Positions 24,669 through 38,293 of a stretch of DNA of 64,000 nt are shown here, in pieces. Where the stretch lies: positions 23,014,558 to 23,078,557 of the forward strand of contig OZ316895.1 of NCBI GenBank assembly GCA_973895155.1, read 5' to 3'. Source of the stretch: Marsupella aquatica. Taxonomy: Eukaryota; Plantae; Marchantiophyta. Position 1 is the first letter of the stretch, and every line of letters starts with the position of its first letter. The translations under genes and the position numbers were made by a program. The notes under the pieces were generated by a model, which was not told where the DNA came from, ran no database searches, and saw nothing but the letters and a program-made list of their open reading frames with translations.

Positions 24669-25349
24669 TCAATCTGATCTCTCTTTTACTTCCCGCCTGG
24701 CATTTCTACAGTTATCGTATTCAAATTTGAGTACATTGGGTATGTGGGAACTATCCTTGACACAAAGAAAACGACATATAGTTGTCCCCTCTATGAAAGG
24801 AAAGTATGGCACAAAGAACCTATGTACAATGTAAAACCAAATGGATCCCAAAATCACACCTACTAGGGAACCAGCAATGACTTGTGCAACAGAATGATAG
24901 CCCAAGTAGACTCTTGAATAAATGGTTATGAGGGCAAATGGCCAAGGAAGAAGAACTGTGAAATATTTGCAAAACGTGTCTGAAAAAGTGAACTTGAGAG
25001 TGGCAAGAAGAGTGAGGTAGATGGAGAAGAAAGTCATGTATTGGGAATGACTAGAAGGCCAGCCGTGAGAGTCACACATCTCCAGAGCTTCACAAGTAAT
25101 GGGGCGCGCTTCCTCCATGAAATCCTTGATATACTGATTGATAACCTCGGATAATATCAACCCAAGCCCAAAGACCATGGCTTGGAGTTCCCGCCTGAAA
25201 ATGAAATGTGAAACGAATCCTCCCATACCTATCATTACTGGCAACAAAGATGCCCAAGCGAGCAGATGCCCGATCTGGTCACCCCTCTCATACCGTACGT
25301 GGGTAAGAGTGACAGCTTTCAGCGGTGTCATTGCTGGAATCGACGCCAT
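24669..25349 (-). CDS. LPPG: Dolichyl-diphosphatase / lipid phosphate phosphatase gamma (PAP2 family), 226 aa, intronless CDS
   Basis: LKAVTLTHVRY..GD..GH.LAW N-terminus, plus PAP2 motifs K......RP, GWPSSHSQ and SRVYLGYHS..QV..G. The ATG is at 25349. Confidence 0.92.
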   Translation of the reverse strand: MASIPAMTPLKAVTLTHVRYERGDQIGHLLAWASLLPVMIGMGGFVSHFIFRRELQAMVFGLGLILSEVINQYIKDFMEEARPITCEALEMCDSHGWPSSHSQYMTFFSIYLTLLATLKFTFSDTFCKYFTVLLPWPFALITIYSRVYLGYHSVAQVIAGSLVGVILGSIWFYIVHRFFVPYFPFIEGTTICRFLCVKDSSHIPNVLKFEYDNCRNARREVKERSD

Positions 25350-26205
25350 TCTGCCGAATTTGCTTCTGATAAGCTGAGGAGAATTCTGGGTATGCCAAAA
25401 CATTCAGTAAGAAGAGTGCCCTGACGAAAGCGGAGGAGACAAGGACAACAAGATTTCCTGTTTGTGCGACCCTCTATTCTATCAATCCTGGCCAATTCAG
25501 ATTTTGCATGCTTCAAATTTGCAACGAAGCTTGATTCAGTTTCTAGCTGAGCGTAGTAGGTTAAGCAATTCCAAACCAGTTGAAAGGAACAGACATAGCG
25601 AAATACGTCTCAGCTACGACTCTCGTCTAATTTCCAAATAGCCAATAACAGATCTCGTCCGACTGAGTCCCTAACAAATCTCTTCAATCAAAATTTTCTT
25701 ACTGCATCAATTCATTCTCCTGAAGAAAACGATCAAAGTCTCTATGCATGCATGTATGAATGCTTTCATGAAGGAGCAGATGTACTGACAATGAATGCTT
25801 TCCTCCAAGAAAGTACGCGCTGAATGTGTGCTCTTGAAACCGCGGCGCTAGAACAAGCCAAGCTCGGTCGTTGAAACCCTGCGTTGAGTGCAATGAAACA
25901 GCAGCACTCTACTAAAACTCGAGAAAAATAGATTCTCTGGGAGAGTTTACTCTCTTCTTCAATTTCAAAGAGGGAAGCAATGAGAACTGAAGCAATCAGA
26001 AGCTTTCACAGGAACCAAGTGGGCAGCCAAAGTGGCGAGAATAGAAAAAATGGAGAGGAGCTCCCCTGTAGTTGCGGGTTGTACACTCTACTACAACAAC
26101 AGGGCTGCACCCTGAAACTCCTTCTGCCCCTCCCCTCCTTGGTGCAAGCTGTCCAGAGGACTGTTTCAAAGCAGTGAGTAAAAGCTCTTCCTGTTGGAGC
26201 TTCGA

Positions 26206-26415
26206 GAGAGATATGCTTAGTAGACCCCCTTCTTGAAAAAGTTTGCTTAATCAACCCCCTTCTTGAAAAAGTGTGCTTAATTAACCCACTCCATAATTTT
26301 TCCCCAATCTGGGCCGTTGATGAACCTTTCTATCTCAGATCTGGACCATTGATAGACCTCAGGGGGTAGATCAAGTAACAAGTTTCAATTTGGGGGTCTA
26401 TCAAGCAAATACATC
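26206..26415. mobile_element. Mutator-like MITE (210 bp) with 9-bp TSD GAGCTTCGA
   Basis: GAGCTTCGA occurs at 26197-26205 and 26416-26424. Imperfect TIRs are GAGAGATATGCTTAGTAGACCCCC and GGGGGTCTATCAAGCAAATACATC. Confidence 0.8.
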
Positions 26416-27479
26416 GAGCTTCGATTCCGATACTTTGGGGCAAATAAGTGTCCACGGGTGTAGGAGCAGGCGAGGCTTAGAATTTGGGCTCTCACCATCT
26501 CATCAGCTTCAGTTCTCAAAGATCAATTGCTCATCAATCAATCTTGCCATTATCCTAAATTGAGTTTTCAAATTGAGTCTACTTCAACGAGAAAATATTA
26601 AATTAAGTTCACTTATATTCAAAATTTTGATTCTATATGGTGAATCACTCTTTCAAATTTTGTCTTATTTATATTTTGTGTCTAGTATTTTAATTTTAAT
26701 GTGCCTTAACAAGGTGAATCATTTATATTATTCAGATTTTATGTCTAATATTTTAATTTTTATGTCTCTTAACAAGGTGAATCATTTATATTAAATTTAT
26801 TTTGAATTAACTTTTGAACCCCTTTTAATTTTAGTGAACTTAAAGTATTTTTAATTTATATTACTCTCCTCATAAATGTTTAATCTTTCATTTTGAATCA
26901 CTTCTTAATAAAAAAAAAATTCTCATGAAAATGAGAAAAATAAATTTAAACAATGTGCACATCCCGTGTACTAAGTTCCCCTTGTGATTTACTTTACAAA
27001 ACTTATGGTTTTAATTGAGTTGATTGTCATTAACTTGAGGCAAGTAAAATTATGTGCACAACTCTTTAGTACCTTTGTACTTTCTTGGTCATAATGTGCT
27101 TTTTCTTTGCATGTGTACTTATGGCTTTGTGTGTCATGTCACTCACTCATATTAATTTTTTGGCTTGTACTTTACATGTACCTACTTCTTTTATCATAAA
27201 ATAAATTAATTAATACCACTACAAGACAAACGTAAAGAGGTATGTTCCGGGATGAACATGCTATATATGAGAGAGTGTTTTATTGGTAATGGATGCGAGT
27301 TACACTCAATTTGAAAACAATGTTGTAAGTGCTTAATCTCATCCTTCTCCCAAGAAAAATAACAATACTCAAAATGACATCAACATAAATGGAACAGACA
27401 AAGTGAAAAAGCAAAAGAATGGAATAAACACAAAAGACAAATTGAATAAATGTTTCTTTCATCTCTTTCCTATTCCTAG

Positions 27480-28939
27480 TTAATTCATTGTGGTCTTGTC
27501 TCAATACTAGTATGTATAAAATACATGCATCATGAATAGGTTTATTAACTCTTTAGAACAAGTGAAACAGTATTGCAATCCACTATTGTAGACCATAGTA
27601 TTGCAGTCCATTGTATTACAATCCATATGTATTGCAAACAAAAGTATCTTGGGGGACTTTTTTGGTCCCCATCACATAGCTGAACATAGTTCAGCCAAAA
27701 ATAGCTGATTTATTTGTATTGGTGTACCCTCTTCTTCTTTTTTTAAAACACCACCGGCCTCCTTATAAAAGGAGGAGTGTCCCAAACTTCTCATTTTTTT
27801 CACATTCCTCCTACCGTGAGACTTTGCTCCACAATTTTGGGGAAAAGTGCTAAAAATGGTGTAACCACATTTTTGTCTTGGCTAGTGGTAGTTTAATAAG
27901 GGGAAACCTCGGCTTAACGTTTCAGCTATGCAAGTGGCGGATCAACTTTTGTTGTCTACTAATAGGTGGATGTCTTTGGGTTTCAGGGAAAAACAAATTG
28001 GGTCATTTTGGTTAGTATTCTGGTTGCCATTCACCTAAGGGAAATGCTGCACCAAGGTGCCAGCTAAAGGTGGCTTTCCTCGGAATGGATTTTTACTTTA
28101 TAATTTTTTCCTGCCGCATAAAACCCCATGGCAAGGTAGAACAAGCAGCCAAATGCCTGGAAGTGGAGATCAGCAGCAGCCCAGAGGGCCACCAACCCCA
28201 AGTCACTAAAGGTGGCTGTACAAGTTTGGGACACACTCCATCCCATAGCAAATGGTGCTAGAATCATTTGCTAGGAGACAAGTTTGGGACACACTCCACC
28301 TAAAAGTCACATCGTTGATTGGCTAGGGCCCTTCTTGCTCTGGAAGAGAAGATCTGATGACGGTAGGACTGGCAAAATTCAGATTGCATGAAATCACACT
28401 CTTATATGTCTTATGGAAGCATCCGATTATTGTAGCTTTTACACCTAAAAGGAAAAGGAACCAGTCGTGGATCACAGCTGACAACTTTGACTACCTTGGA
28501 GAGAAAGTAGCCAAGATGTCATGGTGATTCTGAATAATGGCATGACGTCTTTGAGGTTGAAAGTCGTCAAGTCGTCAAGTTACCCAGGAAACCGGTTTGG
28601 TAACGAGACCATTTACAGGTCACATTTCAGTCAAAAGTGTAAACATCCCGGGTAAACATTGTTATCTAAATCAGTTTAAATGTTCTGAGCAAGTCCATCC
28701 AAGCTTTGCGAGTCCATTAAGGCTTCATAGACAAAGTCAAGGTCCATCCCTACTCTAGTTTCTAGTATAGCCTTAGGTTCAAATATTTGATCGCTATCAA
28801 ATTCAGCTGGTGTTACTTAGCAACACAAAGATGAGAAATATTATTGTCATCAGATAACTTTCTAACCAGAATTTGAGAAATTTGTTTCTGAATACTCTCA
28901 TTCATTGATAGGAATATTCAATTATGCTGAGAGTCATCC
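27480..28939 (+). repeat. ~1.45-kb repeat, probably LTR-retrotransposon-derived; inverted copy at 60358-62104
   Basis: Colinear reverse-complement match from AATTCATT(G/A)TGGTCTTGTCTCAATACTAG to CAATTATGCTGAGAGTCATC. It contains an LTR-like TATAAAAGGAGG. Confidence 0.85.
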
Positions 28940-29439
28940 AGGGACACCATAGATTGACTAAGAACAAAGAACAGGTGAGACCCTTGATAGAAATAGAATT
29001 TTATGTGCGCTGCCAGATCTATGAGGTTATTACTGAGTGGAGCTAGGGCTGACCTAACAAATATTTGGTGTCTGCCCATGTACAAAAAATGCACTTTATT
29101 ACTATTTTTAGTTGATGGAGCGAAGAGTTGCAACTCTTCACTTATCATGGAAGGAGTCAATTAAGATTTCTTTTACTCATTCTACTTCGGCTCTCTTGCA
29201 ACATTGATTGATTGATCAAACTATATTTCTTTAAACCTATCCCTCTCAATTTGTGGTGTCAAAGTGTGCTCCACTACACTCATTCATATCACAATTTTTC
29301 AGTCCTATCATTTGTAGATCTTTGGGTGGCTCTCGGTAACACCCAAAAGTGACTCCTGGGGAAAGTTTGTTGGAACAATGTTTTTACAGCTAATCATAGC
29401 ACTAAGTCAGAGGAATGGCTCAAGCTATTTGACACACCT

Positions 29440-30700
29440 TTGAAATGAACCACACAATTCAACAAGATTGCAATCCAGGGTGTTTGATTCAACAGACTTG
29501 CTTCAGGTGCCCTAATATTTTCAACACTGGATCTTTCTGTCAAGTTCCTAATTGCGATAGTGATTTTGGGAGTTCTATGGAGATTCTTTTTGGAGCTCGC
29601 TGTGCAGGAATGGGCTTCAGAGGTTCACAAGGCTTTAGAAAACCGAATAAATATGGGCAATTTATAATGCAGGACCAATATGAAGACAAGTGACAAAGAT
29701 GGATTCTTCAAAATATGCTGTGGCAAGTAAGTAACTAATTATAATACCTTTCTAGTAGGTCTACTTTTTGTTGTTAGATGAGAGAGGTTCCACATCCAGC
29801 TTTTAAGAGTAAAAGAGTGGTGTACAAAAACACATATAGTAGGATATCAAAGAATTACAATGATAGATACAAAACTCAAACAAATATTCTAGCCATATCA
29901 TGTTGAGGCTTGGCAATATGTCTTGTTGCAATGTTAAACTTAAGCTGGAATTTTTTTTGGGTAATCAAAGGCCTAAAATGTTCCTTTCTTACATCCCTAA
30001 TTTAATCATATTTATTGATTGCCAATGCTGCAAAATAGTATTTGCATTTTCACATAGTGATTATGATTATGATTGGTTGTTGATGTTAGATAGCTGGACG
30101 CCTTGGTGCAAATGGAGAGGTTCCAAATAGCCAAAGAGCTACTTTGGAAGAAAGTAAAAGGATTAGTGATGATTAGAGAATAATTGAGATCTACTCTCCA
30201 AGAAAGGATGATGGTTGGGAAAGGAAGATTTTGCACTGGATTATTGAGAGTGTTGTGTTGACTTGGTACTACAGCCAATGGATGAAGCTGATATTGAATG
30301 TCTCCATCTATCCACAACACAATCCCTAATGCCTTACGGAAAACTTCATCAATGATCCTACTAGTTTTCCAATTCATGCAATGCTGCCTTGTTCCAGATG
30401 AGAGTAGTATTTCAGGTACTCCTGCTGCCACCCCTTATTCATCAGTGAGGGGCCAGATGAATTTTCCAGCTACAAGAAATAGTTTGACACCTCGAAGTGA
30501 CTCAATGGAATCAGAGTGTGTCACTCTTCATAATTGCCCCTTGTTTTGTGATGAGAGTACTCCCACACAGGAGTTGGATCTACCGGGCTTTGCATCCATT
30601 CCTAGTAAATAATTTGCCAGAACAATGATTATTGTCCAGCAATGTGCCCAGTGTGATGGCTAAAGTTGAGAATTTCTCACATAATAAATCATGAGACAAG
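29440..30700 (-). mobile_element. Decayed LINE ORF2 fragment
   Basis: Fragments such as 'PGRSNSCVGVLSS', 'LFLVAGKFIW' and 'FTFFQSSSLAIW' resemble the L1 ORF2 post-RT region. There are many stops. Confidence 0.35.
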
Positions 30701-31399
30701 GGCACACAACTTAGCAACTTTGACAACACTCTTGGCCATCACAATCTAAATTGATATTGACACACTCAAAGTCTTCTTTGTCTTGCCTACCTTCATAAAC
30801 AATGAACAAAAATGAGTTTATACTAGGAAACTATCATTGTTTGTATCAAGGAGTGTCTTCCTGAAATTGATTAAAAAAATCAGGATTCTAAATCATTGTC
30901 TGCTAAATATTGATCAATCCTCCTCAATCAGTGAACAAAAATAAGCACATGACAAGAACCATATAAAGTATTTCAACATTTTTCTACACAGAACCTGTGC
31001 ATTTCCTGAATTTCAAAGCTTTTAAACGGATACAATGCTGTTAAAAACAATCACATGATTTTGCACTGCTTTAGTCATCTGGATTCTATTACATTTTTGA
31101 AAACTCAAAGTGACCCATGCATCTCTTCAAATGCAACCAAGTTATTTGATACATAAACAATATTTTATGCTCAGACAGATCCATGTTTGAGAAAACCTAA
31201 TGGTTATTATGTTGACATTAATTGTCAGCTTGAAAAAAACCTATTTTAAACTTTGCTAACATGCCAAAGAAATGAATCTTTTTACAACCCACCAATCCAT
31301 CCAGGCTTCATTTCCTGAGAATGTTTACATAGCTAAGAATTCTAGCATGTTTAGATGATAATGTATTTACTCATGTTAGACACAAGTTTTAATACAAGG

Positions 31400-32483
31400 A
31401 AGACATATATACCTTATCAACTTGCAAGGACATTGGATCCTTCAAATCCTATGTTTGCATTATTTTCTATGATGTTTTTGTTCAATGCCTTTGTAAAAAC
31501 TATACCACTACTAAGGGAGTACAGTATATTATTCATCATTTAAATAATCACTACCCAGAACAACATTTAAGAATATCAAACAACATATAAAGTAAACTTT
31601 TGTAAGAAGAAAGATGCATAATTGCAAATCATCACATTTATTCTACCACCAAAACATTTTCACATCCGAGAATGTGTTGAATTTTAATTTTGACTTGAAT
31701 ATTACTTTCCTTGTTTAAATGTGACTCAGTTTCACCCTTACCCTATTGCACAAGGCAATAACATAGTACATCTTACTAGCCAGGGTAGATTGCCTTCTGT
31801 GGGCAATGTCAAGCCTACTTCAGGATGCAATTTATGGTTGCATGATGTTTTCTTGTGAAGACATAATGGATGATGTCTTCAGTAGGTTTTGAATCTAGAG
31901 TTTGGTGAGTTAAATGGTTAGAGAGTCTGAACTGATTCTGCACATCAGGACTTGCTATATGTTGTGGGATAATTTAGGCAACGGCAGGTTTCACAGTGGA
32001 CAAGACAGGAGTGGGCATTTATGAGGCAAAGGGAGAGGCAGGGGCAAATGGCCAAAAGTGCACCTTTTTGGAAGACAACATGATGTTGTCTTCATGGGGT
32101 CATCTGGTCTACATAGCAGAATTTTAGGGCTCCTAAACTCTATGACCACAGAACCTGTTTGGACGGGGTAAATGGTGCTTTCCTGGGTCCTTTTGGAAGA
32201 TAACATAGATATTGTCTTCACTTGATACTTATCAACTTAAAGAGATGGACAAGCCAATCAAAATTGCAAAGCAAGTGGCAGATACACATGGAATTAATAC
32301 TGTTGCGTGAAATAATTTACCGTTGCTACACATTGCACATGACGATTGCACATTCTCTAAATTTTACAATTCAAAATTTGTGGAGTACAATGATATTGCA
32401 GACTTGAAGTAGATCTGCAAATGCTACTTCCTCTACTTCTTGCCTAAGTTTTGCCATTGTGCTGAGCCTAACTAATGTGCTCA
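31400..32483 (-). mobile_element. Decayed hAT-like (ZNF862-type) transposase relic; 31781-32483 is duplicated at 37582-38293
   Basis: Minus-strand fragments 'GALKFC...FQKVHFWPF' and 'VVLGS' recall this transposase family. The ~700-bp direct duplicate is clearly visible. Confidence 0.4.
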
Positions 32484-33099
32484 TTGCTATAAAAGATTTT
32501 GTCACAAAAAGGTGCATCTAAATACTTTATGGCCAGACCCGTTTAGTGCACCAAATTCCACATTGACCCTATGCCCATCTGCCCTCATGGGAGCCATCCA
32601 CTGTGCACGCATTGGATTGAACTATTGTTGAAGCCATGCCTCAGCTACCTGGTGTAATTGGTTTCTACTGTAGTGTATGACCTTCCTTCCAGAAGGCATT
32701 AAGCATGTTGTCTTCACTTTGCGTAGATTTGTTCAAACCAACCAAGTGTGCCCCTTCAATAAGTGTGTTCTACCCTGTCACTCACTCCTTTTTTTGGCAA
32801 AATGCTGTGCAAAAAGCAGTGGACATTTGCAGTGTTTCCAGGCACTACAGTAGTGGCTGCTGCATTAGGGGTAGCGACTGACAAAGGATGAAGGAAAAAC
32901 AATACATGTCATTAGTCTAAGGTGATGCCATAACAATAATATTAAACTGCAAAAAAGTAAAGGCACCCAACCTGAAGAAATGATCCCACAGGCACTCAAT
33001 CAAGGGAAGGCAACAAAGGAAACCAAAAGGCCCAGGGAACCCTGACAAAAGTCCACCAGAAAAGCACCTAGGAACAAAAACACCTAAAATCCTCTCTGA

Positions 33100-33500
33100 C
33101 ATCAAGCTAAAGAGCCTGGTAGAGCTCCGAGGTGAGCTGCATGCATGGGAGGGTTGAGCAAGAAAACTTGACCAGAGGCCCTAAACTCACCTTCTCATTC
33201 TACAAAGACTTGTGAAATCAATGCGAGAGCACTCTAGAGCACGACAGACTCCCTCTGTCTAAAGAAGGTCATGATGACGGACACTTGAAGATAAGGTCTC
33301 CACTGTAGATAATGTACCCCGCATCATTCTAAGAAGCAATGGAATGCTGCCGGGGTGTAAAGCCATGCCTTCTGGGACAGTCAATGGTACCTCCCCCATT
33401 TTTGAAAATCCTTAACTGAGTCCTATAACTAGAGTTGCAAGATGGACCATAATCTCATTACTTTCAGCCATGGCCTGGCTTTGAGACTCCCTAATGAAGT
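33100..33500 (-). mobile_element. LINE 3'-end relic; a related relic lies at ~4140-4300
   Basis: 'WLYTPAAF' resembles the L1 ORF2 C-terminal 'W...RAAFLW'. A similar CCCCATTTT context occurs near 4276. Confidence 0.3.
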
Positions 33501-35878
33501 GCAAGCTCCTGACCTCCAAATGTGACTGACATCAGCATGGTGGCCACTCAATTTTGTCTTATCACAATCATGGTCAATTCTGCAGTAGTACACTTGCAAT
33601 CTCATTTACCATAGGTTTGCACGGGTTCTGCACAAAAGCTCAATATTTTTACCTTTCAACAAATAGCAAAAAGCTATGAAAACCCTGTAGAATTCAGCTT
33701 GTGTTTAATTAGAAACAAGGTAGACACTGATAAATCAGTGTTTCATATCAAAAGTCTAAGAATATTACTAAGGTATGCATTGCAATTTGTTTTCTAAGGT
33801 TCACAGAAAGTACCTAAAATTTTGTCTAGGGTAGTTCATACAATCATAAGTGGGTAATTCATATAGGCATCACCTTGGGACACTTGTGGTCACTCTTAAA
33901 GTCTCAAGGACATTAATGCACCCACTTGGCCAACTCAATCGGCAATGTCCAGTGTGTTCGAGTGGTTGTCTGCAACTTTGCTCTGGAGTTTCTTTGGTTC
34001 GGTTGGAAGACACTCGTGATGGAGCGGGATCAAATTTGGTTCAAAATGCTCATCTCAGGGTGAATGGAGAATTCTAGTGTCAATCGGAAATGTGGAATTC
34101 AAGAACATCGAACTTCATTTGGTGCCTGTCATCCTCTCTAAAATTGCATCCTGATCTGGCAAATTTTATAGTACTGCTTCTTTAACCATGGGCGTGGGGC
34201 AAAGGAGTTGGATCATCTGGTGCGCCTTACATCATGAGCACATTGACCACCGTTTCTATTCGTGCCATCATCTTACCCCTGAGTGGGAGGAGTTTAGGCT
34301 GTGCACTCTTGGCACATGCTTGTGATATACTTTCGAGGATGATCCCTTGTTCAAGTAGCGATCAAGGACATTCAGATTCAATACCGGCAGTAGTTTTGCT
34401 GAGGTTCTTCCAAGTCATTCTGGGCAAAACATCCTACAATTGGCCTGCTGAATTCAGCATCCACTAAATTCAAGGCGAGCTATAGTTTTCTTCAATCTCG
34501 GTTGTATCCCAGGAGTAATGTACAAACCCTACAAGACATGTTACCACACTCTTAAGGATAAAATGGATAGATTCTATCTGGTGCAGTGGTGGAGGCTTGC
34601 CCTCCACTTTCTTCAGTTTGGTGCATTGGCTCTAGCTCAGGGTTGTGTGAAGCAGTATGGTCCAAGGATTCTGCGTTTCAAGATCTGCAAAATCTGAAAT
34701 TCTAAAACAAGATTTCACCAATCCCCACTCTAATTCACCTGCAAAATCTGAAATTCTAAAACAGGTTACCATCGCTTCCCGCTCTCTCCAAATTCACCTG
34801 CACGAAAGATGTACAAATGCCCCTGCCTGCCCATCAACGTGTTGGATCTGGGACTTACGTCAGCAAGAGGAACTCCTGTGCCGGAAAATGAAAGTAGTTG
34901 TGGTTGGTGAGACCCACAACCGTTATGTTGCAAGTCTTAAAAATCAATATGTTGGTCAATTACTTCACTCCTATGTACTATTGAAAATTGAAGACGTTTC
35001 TCTTTTGAAAGTCCACCGTATCTTTACCCTCCACTTAAGCTTCCCGTTCACTTCTCTTGAGTTTGCTAACCATGTTTGAATTTGTAAATCGGACCAGTGA
35101 TACTATTGTAAGAAAGACGTTGTACTCTGATTCTTAGACTGGTGTCGAGACAACTAAAAACACATTAATGGCTCCGGATGTTTGAATTTGTAAGTCGCAC
35201 CACAGATACAATTCATGGTGTCCTCTCATTTTAACAGTGCAGTCAAGACACCTTTATACACAATGGCGACCGTTGTCAAGTTTAAGTCTGCTTCTACCTA
35301 AAATGAGTCAATGTCCACGAATGTGACGAAAAAAATAAAAATTGAAGCAACCAGGGCATTATTCGAAGCAAAAGTACGAGAGATACTCCTCAGGCTTACA
35401 CGACCAATGCTACACTGAAGGATATCTCTCTGGCTAACGATTCCCCACACTTTAATGTCCAAACCAGCGTATAAGAGGTCATTCAGACGGAAGTAACATC
35501 TTCAAAGTTGCAAAAATTTCAACTTTCATCCCACCACATATAAGACCTATGGGATGGGCAATTACGAATGAAAGGAATAACACTGCAAGTTTACGTATAC
35601 ACACAGTGCACAGAATGACGAAGTAGAAGCAAACCAAATTGAAATTATCTCGCAATAGTGAAACTGTATTTGCGAACGAACTGATTATTTCCGCATATTT
35701 ACATGGGTGGGAAGAGTGGTACAACGGAAACGTCAAATGTATCGACAAGCTTGTGGAGTACGGATGAGGAGACAATCTTTAGGTCCTAACTACGAGCCTC
35801 CCTTCAGATAATGAATCCAAATCTCTGTTACGACCCGAAGTTGTGCTTTAGGCCCTACATGGTCGACATGCAGTCTCC

Positions 35879-36625
<747 letters not shown>

Positions 36626-37581
36626 TCAAACGCTAGCGTTGCCGACCACCGTCTTCTCACCCACCTATTTCTATGCAGAATTTCACACAATCCCCACCAC
36701 ACCACACCGCGGTCTCCTCAATTCAGAGCTCCCACCGGAAGCCCAACTCGCAAAGAAGACAGAATGACTCGTCTTGTGCGTCGGAGCCCTGAACCAAAAA
36801 TCACGCTACAAGTGGCTCCGCGTTATGCGGGGTCTTGATACAAAACAGTCTCTCCCCTGAACCATCGGATGTCTGCTCGCACCTTCATCTCTCCTCCACC
36901 GTTAGGCGCAATCGACGGCCCAAAATGTACCTCTTGAACCTCTCAAAACAAGTGAACAGAATTGTTATAACAATTTCATGAGAAAATCCGGACAAACTAC
37001 TAACTGTACAATTTTGATGGGCCTAATTCAGAATTTGAGTTTCCGGGAGAAGAGCAGATCTGGGCCATCTGTCTTTGTTATCTCCAGGGATCTCATCCGT
37101 CCACATTGGTGGCTATCTCGGGCTCAAAAGGGAGATCCCAATGAGATTTACACATGAGGTTTTCTTCATTTTGAAAGAGGTTCAATTATTTTTCAATTGA
37201 AAAATAAACCAAATCTAAGCCTTCCTTGCTGATGATTTTGTCACTTCTGTAATCTTTGCTGTTGATTTGTATTGCTTCTTAAAATCTTGTTGGTCCACAT
37301 ATGAAAGTGACATAAGACGCAAAACAAAGATTTCAATGAGATCTGTGGCTTGGTATTTTCCATTTCGACAATGAGTATATATTTTTGAAAACAAAAATTA
37401 AATCAGAGTGGGGGAGTGTGAAGTCAAGTATTGCTCACTCCATATAATTTAGGCTTAACTCGCATGTCATCTGCCTTTTCTTTTGTGGCCCCCAAAGTGA
37501 AAGATGTCAGCATGCCATTCATTTAGGCTGCCAATATAAGCCCCTTGGTAGGCAGGCCTGATGGCAGGTCTGTGCTGATCC

Positions 37582-38293
37582 AAGGGTAGATTGGGTTCTG
37601 TGGGCAATGTCATGCCTACTCCAGGATGCGATTTATGGTTGCATGATGTTTTCTTGTGAAGACATAATGGATTATGTCTTTGGTATGTTTTGAATCTAGG
37701 GTTTGGTGAGTTAAATGGTTAGAGAGCCTGAACTGATTTTGCACATCAGGACTTGCTATACGTTGTGGGATAATTTAGGCAAAGGCGGGTTTCACAGTGG
37801 ACAAGACAGGGAGTGAGCATTTATGAGGCAAAGGCAAAGGTAGAGGCAGGGGCATGGGCAAATAGCCAAAAGTGCACCTTTTTGGAAGACAACATGATGT
37901 TTTCTTCATGGGGTCATCTGGTCTACCTAGCAGAATATTAGGGCTCCTAAACTCTATGACCACAGAACCTGTTTGGAAGGGTAAATGGTCCTTTCCTGGG
38001 TCCTTTTGGAAGATAACATAGATGTTGTCTTCACTTGATACTTATCAACTTAAAGAGATGGACAAGCGGATCAAATTGCAAAGCAATTGGCAGATACACG
38101 TGGAATTAATACTGTTGCATGAAATAATTCACACTTGCTACACATTGCACATGAGGATTGCAAATTCTCTAAATTTTACAATTCAAAATTTGTGGAGTAC
38201 AATGATATTGCAGACTTGAAGTAGATCTGCAAATGCTACTTCCTCTACTTCTTGCCTAAGTTTTGCCATTGTGCTGAGCCTAACTAATATGCT
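37582..38293. repeat. Second copy of the ~700-bp segment at 31781-32483
   Basis: AGGGTAGATTG..TTCTGTGGGCAATGTCA through GCTGAGCCTAACTAAT(G/A)TGCTC is present in both copies. Confidence 0.9.
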
